DNA of 64,000 nt, from the NCBI GenBank assembly GCA_000165345.1, contig CM000435.1, positions 416,001 to 480,000 on the forward strand, read 5' to 3'. Under the pieces are notes generated by a model that was given only the letters and a program-made list of their open reading frames with translations, was not told where the DNA came from and did no database searches. Positions 23,301-32,688 of the stretch are shown here, one piece after another. Numbering within the stretch: the first letter of the stretch is position 1; each line of letters starts with the position of its first letter. A program made the position numbers and the translations under genes.

Positions 23301-25028
23301 AGGTTCTGGAGCACATCTTGGTAATATCCAGTAGAAACCAGAAATTGCATTTGGATTTCTTGAAGCAATTGAAAAACAATCTTCTGCTGGGAGATTTGGC
23401 TCATCCCCCGGCTCATTTCCAACTCCAACAGAAATTTCGTCCTTAACTGCTCCTAAACCTTCTTTTAATTGTTTAGCATTTGAAATATAATCTTCTAAAC
23501 GGGATACATATTCTTTCTTATCAGTAAAACATTCATCAATCGATGGAAGCAAAGTATTAACTCTATCATTTAACACTCCAAGGTTTTTTGTTCTGGACAA
23601 AACATCTCTAGCTGCGCTCTTTACCATTTCAGATGCCTTAGAATTAAAATCTTCTACATAATTCAAAAAGTATTTATCTCTTGCATCTTTTGATAAGGCA
23701 GCATCTCTACAGAATGAAACCACAGATCTTAAATTATTTGTCATTAATTCAATTTCTCTAATACCATACAAATATTTGTTGGAGTATTTACCATATCTTG
23801 GATGTGGCTTTTCCATGACAATCTGAATGAAATCTGAAATTACTCCGTTCATCTCATTCAATGTTGTATTTGATGGATTACCCTCAACCTTTGTAATCTG
23901 TTTCATTTCGCCATCTACCTTTGCTGCGATAGAATAAGTAAATGGAGGAAATTCCCAATCAATTCTTAAATTTTTAAGTTGATAAGTCATATTAGCTGAC
24001 AAATTGATTGAAACCTTGTGTTCACCAGTACTTTCAAAAGCTGCTGATGCCCAATATGTCGCTATATCACTATCTATTGCTGCATCCACTGTATGTAATG
24101 CATCCATTGTGGAAGAAGCTGTTCCACTCAATTCCAACTTTGTTGTTCCAACTCCGAAACCTGCCTTGTTTATTTGATTAACACATGCATTTGTTCCTTT
24201 AACCTGTAATTGAGAATTTTCATTAAACTCCCAGAATGATCGACCATCTTCAGCCTGTTCTGCAATTTCACAATCTTGAATAAGCAAAGGAGAAGATCCA
24301 CTGAAGTCGCCATTTGCTACGATCAAACATTTTGGAGGATTACTTGCTGCACTGATTATTTGCCCATTTGGCCCCATTTTCCATAATTCTCTTCCATCCC
24401 CTGCAGAAATACCATATACACATGAATCTAAATCTACTTGAGCGAAGTCATCCTGAACTCTACCTCCAATGACCTGTAAGCAGTTGTCCCCTTTCTCGTC
24501 TGTAATTCCCGATATAATCATCGCTAATGGAGAACCTGATCCAAGAGCAACCAGCTGTCTAATACCAATATATTGGCTTGGCTTTGCCTTCATTTGGATT
24601 TTCACTGCTCTCACATCTCTTGAATGGTCGAACATGAAGTCTTCAGTAAATTCCTTCTCGTTCTGAGTTGCTCTTCTATTTGGAACTACAATTTCATAAT
24701 TAATTCCATCAGGAGAAACCTGGATTTGAGTTTCTCTTGGACTTGAGCTCCAAACTATTTTCAAACCAATTGCTTTTGCTGTTGCTGAGATAAAAGCTGT
24801 ATAAACAATTTGTTGTTCTGCTGAGAGGTTACTTGCGGACCTCCACTCGCTATTTCCCATATTCAATGCATTTGATGGGTCAAATTCTCCATTAAAACTG
24901 CTCCCTACTAAAGTTGAGCTAGAAATTGCCTTCTTGAAGAAGTAGTAGTTTGATTCACCATCTTTTGCAGTTACTATAAGAGAAATACTCAAAAATGCTA
25001 ACAAAAATGAAAATGTCTTCCACCTCAT
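20358..25028 (-). CDS. LCCL-domain multi-adhesive secreted protein of the apicomplexan CCp/LAP family (1556 aa, signal peptide).
   Basis: N-terminal signal peptide MRWKTFSFLLAFLSISLIVTA. Ricin-B/beta-trefoil-like segment (CLQVIGGRVQDD...ELWKMGPNGQI...SFWEFNENSQLQV). An LCCL domain by its signature (CPPGCAEYKTKVYGSDGVYSEKSSICKAALQVGVISTNTGGMFNVALEG). Several discoidin/lectin-like and FReD-like stretches. A Cys-rich C-terminal module (CTNNYCTECCDYY...CKIEVCDLCCNSAF...). Confidence 0.7.
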   Translation of the reverse strand: MRWKTFSFLLAFLSISLIVTAKDGESNYYFFKKAISSSTLVGSSFNGEFDPSNALNMGNSEWRSASNLSAEQQIVYTAFISATAKAIGLKIVWSSSPRETQIQVSPDGINYEIVVPNRRATQNEKEFTEDFMFDHSRDVRAVKIQMKAKPSQYIGIRQLVALGSGSPLAMIISGITDEKGDNCLQVIGGRVQDDFAQVDLDSCVYGISAGDGRELWKMGPNGQIISAASNPPKCLIVANGDFSGSSPLLIQDCEIAEQAEDGRSFWEFNENSQLQVKGTNACVNQINKAGFGVGTTKLELSGTASSTMDALHTVDAAIDSDIATYWASAAFESTGEHKVSINLSANMTYQLKNLRIDWEFPPFTYSIAAKVDGEMKQITKVEGNPSNTTLNEMNGVISDFIQIVMEKPHPRYGKYSNKYLYGIREIELMTNNLRSVVSFCRDAALSKDARDKYFLNYVEDFNSKASEMVKSAARDVLSRTKNLGVLNDRVNTLLPSIDECFTDKKEYVSRLEDYISNAKQLKEGLGAVKDEISVGVGNEPGDEPNLPAEDCFSIASRNPNAISGFYWILPRCAPEPIRVWCDIKFGASYYIWNDGGNPGSYISVTSVSDIRKYCAHVGMEPLVLRNIEQISGIKSALGIMGFKLSEGSGIPLAVDYGCLDGKCTGSYQDLRDGTTDLTSLVLSLASPESTATTLFGNDAVGLGFSENYLSFFNLKNSNIVGIVCSTNVVPTQKQINHVDIDCDTVAYKNPIFEGPINTNIIVQCPPGCAEYKTKVYGSDGVYSEKSSICKAALQVGVISTNTGGMFNVALEGPKNSYEGSTKNEIESEKLSGIPTRSLRISTISKECPIDVISKGGNDLHQLSTATTLNQQAKQGQKLQNPVKVSTPVIKTDLWEGKTNEPFISKILKEASQYIDESYGVDPSLSFATQEESKMAILEMRRKLKPAEMLTKSQSPKIMDVVDNVDHIANELLKVTGVYKSITKELLDKLDDVEAIHSSQTGFQSFTLDTQKMPFEQTFSVYDMPRTQRGPSDWGYTTTAINGRTKLLGQNSPITGSSEHSPRGTFAQIKNRRFFDFTLTTEVYPPVSGIFGIAFRVRDLSNYYLLEFNQEEERIRLLRLKEGITYILDTKEDFKFKEGEFQKVEITVQRDRIYAKIGHVKLQVVDEGLLSGTVAFYSNGVVGGVYFDNVSIKAKSCKKFFMSPAPRSPRCSNYKQCYLSTFETTYDIVKNNDVNGNWEYIKEYKGRTNAMVVKTSGESRILLKETHTCKNGYFSFDFNPPCSNGKVSGIFRYTDNDNYYQVIVSNTSTTLVKKTKAKTTLLKKVMFGFTQNEWNRILVNFEGTTIYVYSTKYNGNTKEIIKVTEKDTQVSHGRVGLSVKNCSETAFDKVSLEPFRVDSNKDVENSTDKEKTDSIYKSCTLNTHILQREQHCETMFGSNSQKSVTCTNNYCTECCDYYTNMITDRTYYNSCKSACSINDSYAENSTKEYINQLATCISGTSKAFDICTETDQKCKIEVCDLCCNSAFDGVQKDIQGIVVKACQAQCSHRFDTDKVLA

Positions 25029-25432
25029 CGTATTCCAATTAATACTTCCCTTTTCTACTAAAATAATGATTTAAAATTACTTGTGTTATTAACACAATAA
25101 AATTTTAAAAATCATTCAACTTTTTTCCAAGTTCTCAGTTAATAACTGCCAGAATTTTTTTTTTGGGTTTTATTTTCACAACGGTATAGGAAAACTGCGC
25201 ATGTGCATGCAAATCCCCACCGGTATTAGAAATAATAAAAAAACTATTTTCAGTTTTTATTTTACATGTAATATAATTAAATTTATAATTATAGCTAAAA
25301 TCCTAAAGTTATAATTTATTCATCAAAAAATGATATATTAGGTGAGGTTGGAATTTTTTTTTCTTTACGAAAAAAAAATTTATTATTAATAATTTGAACT
25401 CTAATAGTAATAGATGATCTTCAAATTATTAA

Positions 25433-26788
25433 TTAGGTATTTTGTGGGATTTCTTTGTATTCAGCTTCTCTCTTGATTTCATCATATGAATTATTGAGAC
25501 TTTCAGTGTAATTTGAAATTTCATTATTTCGATCAAAAAAACTTCCCCTACTTTGCTTCTTCTTAGGATACCCATCTACACTCTTTGATCTCTTTCTTTC
25601 CTTTTTACAGCTATTTTTCTTCTTTTCGTTCTTCGAATTAGTTAAAATTGGCGTTGCATTTGCCTTAGTTTCATCTTGATTTTTTGAGATATTAGCTTCT
25701 ATAGATTTCTTTAAAGCTTCCCTTTGGAATATATGAGACCACAAAGCTCGATATTCCTCATCTCTAGTACAGCCTGGACAATACCAAGTCTTTTGTGGTT
25801 CATTAATTATCTTTAAACATAGAAAATGAAACCAAACACCATAAATACATTGATTTCCAGATTCACATCTAATCATATTGTCTAGTACAGGTTGTTTACA
25901 GAAACAAAATTTGGATGTTTCATCAGAAATAGAGTGAAAATCATTTACCTCAATTTTTGGACTACCAGCTTGAACTGTACAGACTTCTTCCTCAAGAACT
26001 TTTGCTTGAATACGTTTACTTTTGCGGACTTTTAAAGAATTTGAATTCTTTTGTAAATCATTCGACTTCACAGTATCATGATTTGAACTCTCATTAGATA
26101 AATTAACTTTTTGAAGCTTCATAAATGCTTCGCTAATATTATTTCGAAGCAAATTTGTCATTTCAAGTTCATCCTTTGCCCATTGCATTTCAATTGAAGC
26201 ACAATTTTCAATCATCATAGTGATATACCTCAAAATGCTGATGTAAGATCTCAGTTTATACTTCTTTTGCTCGACAGAATCAATTTCAGACACTTCCTCA
26301 ATACTGAATCCGTGATTTCTCTGTCTTTTAGAGTCTTTAGTTAAAACACATTCTTGGAATTGCTGTTCCAAATTCCACATAATTCTTGAAATATCATCTT
26401 CAATATACTCAATACATAACTTTGTATTATATTGAAGCCTTTGGCTTCTACAATTAGGAATTTGTGAGTCAAAGAAGTTAACTCCTTGATTATTAAATTC
26501 CGAATTATCCAGGTAATCTGGAGTAACATCTTCTTTCTCACTCTCCACAACATTCCCGGGAACAGTTTTAACTGAATTCGGAAAACCAGTTGTTATATTA
26601 TTTGAATAAAACTCTGTTTGATATACAGGTTCTTTCTTTTCTTGGTCTTCTGGGGAATACCAACTTGATGAGAACATATAGGGGTAACTGTGGTCTTGAT
26701 TCAACCCCGGTAAATCCGAGAAATCACCTGGGCATCCCCAGGAATGATCCCAGTCACTTTCATCGGACGAAATTGAGGAATCTGACAT
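25433..26788 (-). CDS. ING-family (inhibitor of growth/Yng-like) PHD-finger chromatin reader.
   Basis: C-terminal ING-type PHD finger FCFCKQPVLDNMIRCESGNQCIYGVWFHFLCLKIINEPQKTWYCPGCT (compare ING [45 protein letters not shown]). The tail is basic, with K/R-rich NLS-like stretches. Confidence 0.55.
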   Translation of the reverse strand: MSDSSISSDESDWDHSWGCPGDFSDLPGLNQDHSYPYMFSSSWYSPEDQEKKEPVYQTEFYSNNITTGFPNSVKTVPGNVVESEKEDVTPDYLDNSEFNNQGVNFFDSQIPNCRSQRLQYNTKLCIEYIEDDISRIMWNLEQQFQECVLTKDSKRQRNHGFSIEEVSEIDSVEQKKYKLRSYISILRYITMMIENCASIEMQWAKDELEMTNLLRNNISEAFMKLQKVNLSNESSNHDTVKSNDLQKNSNSLKVRKSKRIQAKVLEEEVCTVQAGSPKIEVNDFHSISDETSKFCFCKQPVLDNMIRCESGNQCIYGVWFHFLCLKIINEPQKTWYCPGCTRDEEYRALWSHIFQREALKKSIEANISKNQDETKANATPILTNSKNEKKKNSCKKERKRSKSVDGYPKKKQSRGSFFDRNNEISNYTESLNNSYDEIKREAEYKEIPQNT

Positions 26789-26871
26789 AAAAATAGATTA
26801 TTATTCCATCACAAGTTTTACAAAGGAAATATATAAAAATATTGAAAATGGCGGCAAGCCCGAAAATCTTA

Positions 26872-28089
26872 TTAAATATTAGTACATTTTGAGAATCTAC
26901 ATGTTTGTTTACAACATCTGAAACCCCATTTTTTGGCCTCCAAATCGTAATAAGAGCCCCAAACTTGGGTGTGATTCGATATATATTCGTCTTCAACGTA
27001 AATTGAAGACACAAATTTTTTTGTGGTTTTTGTATTCATGCTACTAAGGTCGCCAACTGTTGTTGGCCTTTCAGTTAACTCTAACTTTGAGATGCTGGGC
27101 TGGTTATTTCTTTCATACTTTCTGGAAATTTCTTCTAGCTTCTTGAGATTGTCATTATCTTTGTTTGATATACTTGATTTATATAACATTTCTGATCTGG
27201 TCGGTAGTGCTTGTAGGTGTATACTTTCCCCTTGTTTATGTTTATTATATGCAAATGCTTCCATGAGGAGTATCTTTGACACTTCTCCAGAATTCCTAAT
27301 TGCGTTGTCTCCCCTATAGGTATTGCCAATATTTGAAGATTTGTGAAATGGATCTTCTCTCATCGATCTGCTTTTTGGGTCATAAAAAGCAGAGTTGAGG
27401 TCCAAATTACGCAAGTACTTTGCAGTATCTTCTCTAATTCTCAAATTCCTTACATTTGTCCTGGTTTTATCTGAAGAGGCACCAAAAGTTGTTTCATCAA
27501 AGTCTCCCAACTTTAGCTCATCCTTCTCATCTAATTCTTCATTCTTATCTTCAGGGTTGTTCTTGTTATTTGACAAGGACTCCTCCACTTTTTTTGCTCT
27601 TTTTTGTCTGGCAAGTTCCTCCACTGCCTCAAATTGCTCTATTATCGGTTTGTAGTCCTCGGGTCTAAAACCTCTCCATCTATCTCTCTTTTCATCTAAA
27701 TTAGTTGTTTTTCTGATTTCTGGAATTATCTCGTCTGGGCAAATATCCAAGTTATTCCACTTAGCACCTACTTTCCTTGGACGTTCCAAACAATCACGTG
27801 CCTGGTGAGTCATGGAACCACAGTTTGTGCATGCTCCTTTCCTATATTTTACATGAGCCTCTCCGAGCACTCCCTTTTTTATACCACTATCCAAGTCAAT
27901 TCTTGCCTCATCTGCCCTAAGTCTTTGGTGCTCTAAGCTGCTTTCTTGCTGATTAATATACCAAGGAGCCTTAGCAATGAACTGGGGAATATGAGGATTT
28001 AAAGCATCATCCGATGTTGTATTGGCACCTCTAACGTCATCTCTACCAATCTCCTCCGTAGCCGAGTCATCTCTTTCGTCTAAGTTCAT
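26872..28089 (-). CDS. SLU7: Pre-mRNA splicing factor SLU7.
   Basis: HIPQFIAKAPWYI, the CCHC knuckle KGACTNCGSMTHQARDCLERPRKVGAKW, DEKRDRWRGFRPEDY, and C-terminal HTQVWGSYYDLEAKKWGFRCCKQTCRFSKC. These are all SLU7 hallmarks. Confidence 0.75.
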   Translation of the reverse strand: MNLDERDDSATEEIGRDDVRGANTTSDDALNPHIPQFIAKAPWYINQQESSLEHQRLRADEARIDLDSGIKKGVLGEAHVKYRKGACTNCGSMTHQARDCLERPRKVGAKWNNLDICPDEIIPEIRKTTNLDEKRDRWRGFRPEDYKPIIEQFEAVEELARQKRAKKVEESLSNNKNNPEDKNEELDEKDELKLGDFDETTFGASSDKTRTNVRNLRIREDTAKYLRNLDLNSAFYDPKSRSMREDPFHKSSNIGNTYRGDNAIRNSGEVSKILLMEAFAYNKHKQGESIHLQALPTRSEMLYKSSISNKDNDNLKKLEEISRKYERNNQPSISKLELTERPTTVGDLSSMNTKTTKKFVSSIYVEDEYISNHTQVWGSYYDLEAKKWGFRCCKQTCRFSKCTNI

Positions 28090-28238
28090 TAAAAATTTTC
28101 AAGCCTTGGCATTACTCAATTTTCAAACAACTTTGGCGCCAAGTTCACTGTCAAAATCTAGCATGCAAAGTCAAAACAAAAGCAGGATGAGGGGAACAAT
28201 TAGCTAGTTAATTAAAACGGGATTATAATGAAAAAAAA

Positions 28239-31200
28239 CTACTTATCATCTACTTTGAGCCACTCACTGAATAAAACTTTAAAAAAGTAGTCTGGCCAAA
28301 GCGAAATACTAAGCCCAGAAATTAGGGTAATCCAAAGAAGAACATTATTATATAAGGGAATCCAAATCGTATAGACGTCGCTTCCAATTGAAAACGAAGC
28401 AGCACAAACAAAAAGAGTGCAAATCCAACTGAATAAAGAAAATGCCACAGCAAATCCAAGTAAGTAGTGGATATGGTCAGCCATTAATAGAACTTTGATA
28501 TTTACAACTAATATTACCAAATAATAAATGGCTGCTCCTACTATTGACTGGTTTGAGCCAAACAAATTTGTGCTATTAACTCTAAAAAGTATGTATGGGA
28601 TTGTAAAAACAACAAAGATATGCCAAGCCGAGTTAAGTAGATAAATTAAACAAATCTTTGTATTCAAAAATTTGTTTTCAGGGCCAAAACTGTACAGATG
28701 TGGCTTAGATAAGGATTCTGACTTTGTGACATCAAAGTCAAATACTGAAACTACAACGATGGGAACTGAAGAAAGAATTACATTATAAACTTGGTACCAA
28801 TAGTCAAAATAGAGCCTAGTCCCACTCCAAAGAGTGAAGAATCCATAAATAAAAACAGGAATACCAACTGTTAAATTCTTGTAAAACATATATAAGGCCA
28901 ATTTACATATCCTTCTATATGCAAGCCTCCCATGAACTAAAAGCAGCACCTTTAGGTCCTTAAAAGATGTTATGCCATAATCTGCAGTTAAAAAGGCCTG
29001 GTTACCTTCTAGTCCTCTAATTCCTACTCCAACATTGGCTGTCTGAATCATATTGCAATCATTTGCTCCATCTCCCACTGCAAGAGTTATTTCATCCATA
29101 TGCTTCCTCACAATCCTGACAATGTTACCTTTTTGTGAAGGTGCAAATCTTGCAAAAACTACAGTACGGCACTTACAACACATCTGTACAAAAAGCTTTT
29201 CAATTGAACTTATACTGGAGGTGATATCCTCGAATCTTTTACATTCTGAAACAAAATCATTGTTTGCAAGTGACCCTGAGAAAATCTCTCCCAGAACAGC
29301 TCCATCAATAAGTATTGAAAAGTTAGTTTCTTTCTTTTCAGATTTTGAACCACTAGCTTTAACTTTCCTTAGGAATCTTTCACTTTTGTCTGACTCTAAG
29401 TCTATGCCTAATGATTTACAGATACTTAAAACCCTTTTCTTAATTTCAGATTTATTCGAACATGTACTTTCTGTGAGTTCTAAGATTTCATGTCCAGGAC
29501 TCAGTAATCCAGCTGAAGCGGCGATTTCCCTAGCAGTTTCAACCTTATCTCCAGTGAGCATCCAAATCTTGATTCCAGCATCTCTCAAACATTTGATCGT
29601 TTCTGGTACTTCATCCTGTAGTCTATCTTCGACTCCCGTTACCCCTTGAAGTAAAAGATCCTTTTCAATCATAGAAGCAGCTTCCTGTAGAGATGATTCC
29701 CTATTTTCAACATTGTTCACAGCTAGTTGATATTTTTGGTTCCAATCTGCAAACTCATCTTCCGAAATCTCCTTTTCAGTAATACAAAGGACTCTCAAAG
29801 CTTGATTAGCCATTTTATTTCCAATCTCCAGATCCTTCTGAAATTTCTCCATATTTGACTGTCTCAATAAAGGAATCATAGCAGAATCTGCTCCTTTTGA
29901 AAAGACCATAATCCTTTCTCGGTAAAGCTCAGACATAATGCGGAGGTCCTTCATATTATGTTCGGAATTTAGTCTTTTTATTCTCACTACTGTACTACTT
30001 CGTTTCCTATCACTGGTAAAAGGAATCTTTGCAAGTATTTCAACATCCAAAAGTTCTCCAAAAACATCCAATATCAAATGTTTAGTTTTTGGATTTAGGC
30101 ATATAAGGGAAACCCCCAAGTACTGCGCTCCATAACATAGAGCAGCCTCGTCTGGAAATTGAGCTGAATATAGGGGGAAATTTGATTTAGGTTTCTGTTT
30201 TGTGTTGGAACTGTTGTTTGATGCGGATTTGGAACTTTGACTTGAAATTGATTTGATACTTGTCATAAAATTTGATCCAAGCCTAGACTTAGGCTTATTA
30301 TCGGGATTCAAAGTAATATCTGAGTTTAATCCAGTTAGATAAGTACTTGGTGAGAAAGTCTCTGGAAGGATATCAGGTTCTATTCTTCCTGAGTTATATA
30401 ACATGCTAAACATCTCGCTTTGGTTTTCAATGACAATAGAATTGTTTACTGCAATACCAATCAAAAGGTTTCCAATTTTGATGCTCTGACTATTTCTGGA
30501 CTTGATATCCAAAAGTATATTCTCATCTTTGATATTCACCTGAGGAATTTCTATTTCCCTGATTAAATTATCCTCTTTTGAAGAGGAAGTTTCAGTTGAG
30601 CCATAATGAACTCCACCAACACTCAGTGATTTGAATTCCATAATATTCCTGGTAAGGGTCCCAGTCTTATCTGAAAAGATATATCTAACTTGTCCAAGAT
30701 CCTCATTTAAGTCTGAATTTCTAGCAACAGCATAAGTATTATTCACTGCATCATACATTGCTCTATCTCTAGAAATGAACTGACCTTGAATTGCCTTAAC
30801 AATCTTCATTGAGACTACTAGAGCAATTGGGATAATATTTGCAAGTAAAACGATCCAAGTACAGAATCTAACAACAGGGACAAAAGAAATTGGAATGGCC
30901 TGGCCAGTGGCTCTATATGATATCTCATTAACGTCAGAAACCCCAAGGTAATCAAGATGATCAAACACTCCGTCAAATATGTATTTATATGTTAGCAGGG
31001 AGCCTGTCATACAGAGACAAAATAGAATAACCAGGACTACCAAAACCATTTTGTTTGTGAATTTATCAACATTACTCATCTTCTTGGTAGGCTTTAGAGA
31101 GTTCATCTGGATCTTTGACTCATGTCCTGCATATACTATACAGCCAATAGCCCATTCTGTTGACCTAAGGATGCATCCCCTCAATACAATGTTGTCAAGA

Positions 31201-32039
31201 TTTATAGGGAATTGGGTAATTGTGTTTCCTTGGGTAACCAGGCCTTCAGAAATTGGAGGGAGTCTTATAATCGCAGTCCCATCAAAGTTATGTAAATCTT
31301 TCCCAGGAGGAGAGCATTCAATTAAACCTTCTAAATACCTCGCTCTCTTGATTACATCATGAATATTGTTCCCAAGCATCTTGGTTGATTCCTTGTGGGA
31401 AAACCTTCTTTTTAAGTTTGATTCTCCATCCAAGGAAGAAGTATCTATAAAAACATCCCCATTCTCTGATGAGGTTGAAAGGAGAACAATATCAGCAGGA
31501 ATAGTCTCGTGGTTCCGTAATAAAACAATATCCCCGACTTTAAGCTCACTAGAACTCGACCTTTCTGATCCCTCAATTCCTAAAAACCAAGAATGGCTTG
31601 TATTTGATTGCTTATCATTTTCACTCTTAAAAGATATCACGTGCTTGAGAGAAGGATTCTTGTTCTTGGGTTTTTCTGCTTCCTCCAAGTCGCAAGCCAA
31701 AGTCCTTCCATGAATATAATTAATAAATGGAAATCTCTTAATAACAATAACCTCTCTTTCATTTTCAATTCGGTCATTTTGGTGTCTGTTAAGATCCTCC
31801 CACCCATCTTTTACAGCGCCAACAAACAAAACAAAAACCAAAGGAAGTGCTAGTGTAGGTATTCCATTCGTTGACGAAATGGAGGGAAATATCTGAAGCA
31901 ATGAGATTACCAAAAAATAAAAGTTCACAGGTCTACAAAACTGCTCAAAAAGATACTTTGGAATAAAGTTCAGTACTGTGTATCTTGAAGTCCTAATAAA
32001 GTTGCCAGAAAAATTTCTAACTTGTCTGTTGTTTATCAC
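28239..32039 (-). CDS. P4-type ATPase (phospholipid-transporting flippase).
   Basis: 1266 aa. N-terminal NFIRTSRYTVLNFIPKYLFEQFCRPVNFYFLVISLLQ. Phosphorylation site IFSDKTGTLTRNIMEF. MLTGDKVETAREIA. Hinge AVGDGANDCNMIQTANVGVGIRGLEG. A 10-TM layout. Confidence 0.85.
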   Translation of the reverse strand: MINNRQVRNFSGNFIRTSRYTVLNFIPKYLFEQFCRPVNFYFLVISLLQIFPSISSTNGIPTLALPLVFVLFVGAVKDGWEDLNRHQNDRIENEREVIVIKRFPFINYIHGRTLACDLEEAEKPKNKNPSLKHVISFKSENDKQSNTSHSWFLGIEGSERSSSSELKVGDIVLLRNHETIPADIVLLSTSSENGDVFIDTSSLDGESNLKRRFSHKESTKMLGNNIHDVIKRARYLEGLIECSPPGKDLHNFDGTAIIRLPPISEGLVTQGNTITQFPINLDNIVLRGCILRSTEWAIGCIVYAGHESKIQMNSLKPTKKMSNVDKFTNKMVLVVLVILFCLCMTGSLLTYKYIFDGVFDHLDYLGVSDVNEISYRATGQAIPISFVPVVRFCTWIVLLANIIPIALVVSMKIVKAIQGQFISRDRAMYDAVNNTYAVARNSDLNEDLGQVRYIFSDKTGTLTRNIMEFKSLSVGGVHYGSTETSSSKEDNLIREIEIPQVNIKDENILLDIKSRNSQSIKIGNLLIGIAVNNSIVIENQSEMFSMLYNSGRIEPDILPETFSPSTYLTGLNSDITLNPDNKPKSRLGSNFMTSIKSISSQSSKSASNNSSNTKQKPKSNFPLYSAQFPDEAALCYGAQYLGVSLICLNPKTKHLILDVFGELLDVEILAKIPFTSDRKRSSTVVRIKRLNSEHNMKDLRIMSELYRERIMVFSKGADSAMIPLLRQSNMEKFQKDLEIGNKMANQALRVLCITEKEISEDEFADWNQKYQLAVNNVENRESSLQEAASMIEKDLLLQGVTGVEDRLQDEVPETIKCLRDAGIKIWMLTGDKVETAREIAASAGLLSPGHEILELTESTCSNKSEIKKRVLSICKSLGIDLESDKSERFLRKVKASGSKSEKKETNFSILIDGAVLGEIFSGSLANNDFVSECKRFEDITSSISSIEKLFVQMCCKCRTVVFARFAPSQKGNIVRIVRKHMDEITLAVGDGANDCNMIQTANVGVGIRGLEGNQAFLTADYGITSFKDLKVLLLVHGRLAYRRICKLALYMFYKNLTVGIPVFIYGFFTLWSGTRLYFDYWYQVYNVILSSVPIVVVSVFDFDVTKSESLSKPHLYSFGPENKFLNTKICLIYLLNSAWHIFVVFTIPYILFRVNSTNLFGSNQSIVGAAIYYLVILVVNIKVLLMADHIHYLLGFAVAFSLFSWICTLFVCAASFSIGSDVYTIWIPLYNNVLLWITLISGLSISLWPDYFFKVLFSEWLKVDDK

Positions 32040-32288
32040 AACTAGTCTTGGTCGGCTGCTCGTAATATCGTAAAGTCAATTAATTCCTGTCCAAACTTAT
32101 TTCAATTCAATTAAATATAACTTACCTTTCTTTTACCACAGAAAACCTCTTTGAGGCTTTCCCCAAAACGAACATATTCCAAGCTTTGAGAATATATTCA
32201 TTAATTTCACTTTAATGGTATTTCTAAGGCAAAAAATTATAGACACATTTTGTATGGCGCCCAAACAAACAAAAAATTAGTTTTCACA

Positions 32289-32609
32289 ATGTGTGAAAAA
32301 AAAGGTTTAAGCCTTCCACCGAAGAACGATGAGCTTAGAAGAGAGGAAAATGAGTCGTTAAAAGGTGAGTCATTAACTCTAAGGCTCAATTTCAAGGATC
32401 TGGATGGAATTGTTGAGGAGCTTAGTGTAAATTCTTCTACTGAAGTGGGATTTGTCAAACTTTTGATAGCCAAAAGTAAAAATGTGCAGGCAAAGGATAT
32501 TAGAATATTCCACAATGGAAAGAATATGATCAATCCCATGTCTTTGTGTGACCATCCAGGTGTTTCACCTCCTTCAGTTGATGTAGATGTTTATCTTAAT
32601 TCAGTATAG
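32289..32609 (+). CDS. Small ubiquitin-like-fold protein (about 106 aa) without a C-terminal GG; function unknown. The ORF track starts it at 32250.
   Basis: beta-grasp-like pattern LTLRLNFKDLDGIVEELSVNSSTEVGFVKLLIAKSKNVQAKDIRIFHNGKNMINPMSLCDH...VDVYL. The upstream in-frame ATG at 32250 overlaps an E2F-like GC box (ATGGCGCCCAAA, 32253-32265), so the second ATG at 32289 is preferred as the start. Confidence 0.3.
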   Translation: MCEKKGLSLPPKNDELRREENESLKGESLTLRLNFKDLDGIVEELSVNSSTEVGFVKLLIAKSKNVQAKDIRIFHNGKNMINPMSLCDHPGVSPPSVDVDVYLNSV

Positions 32610-32688
32610 ACTATTACAAAGAGGTAGGTAATTGACACAAGTCCTATTTTGGGAAAGAAAAACTAATCAATAAGCAGTATTCAATATA

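Noticed and set aside
29053-29649. 198-aa plus-strand ORF inside the P4-ATPase gene. Similar antisense ORFs: 7637-7948, 31366-31713, 49673-50023, 54273-54605, 59214-59552, 61002-61436.
   Set aside because: These lie wholly antisense to strongly supported genes. They are Ser/Leu/Phe-rich with no motifs. Such ORFs are expected by chance opposite long AT-rich coding frames.
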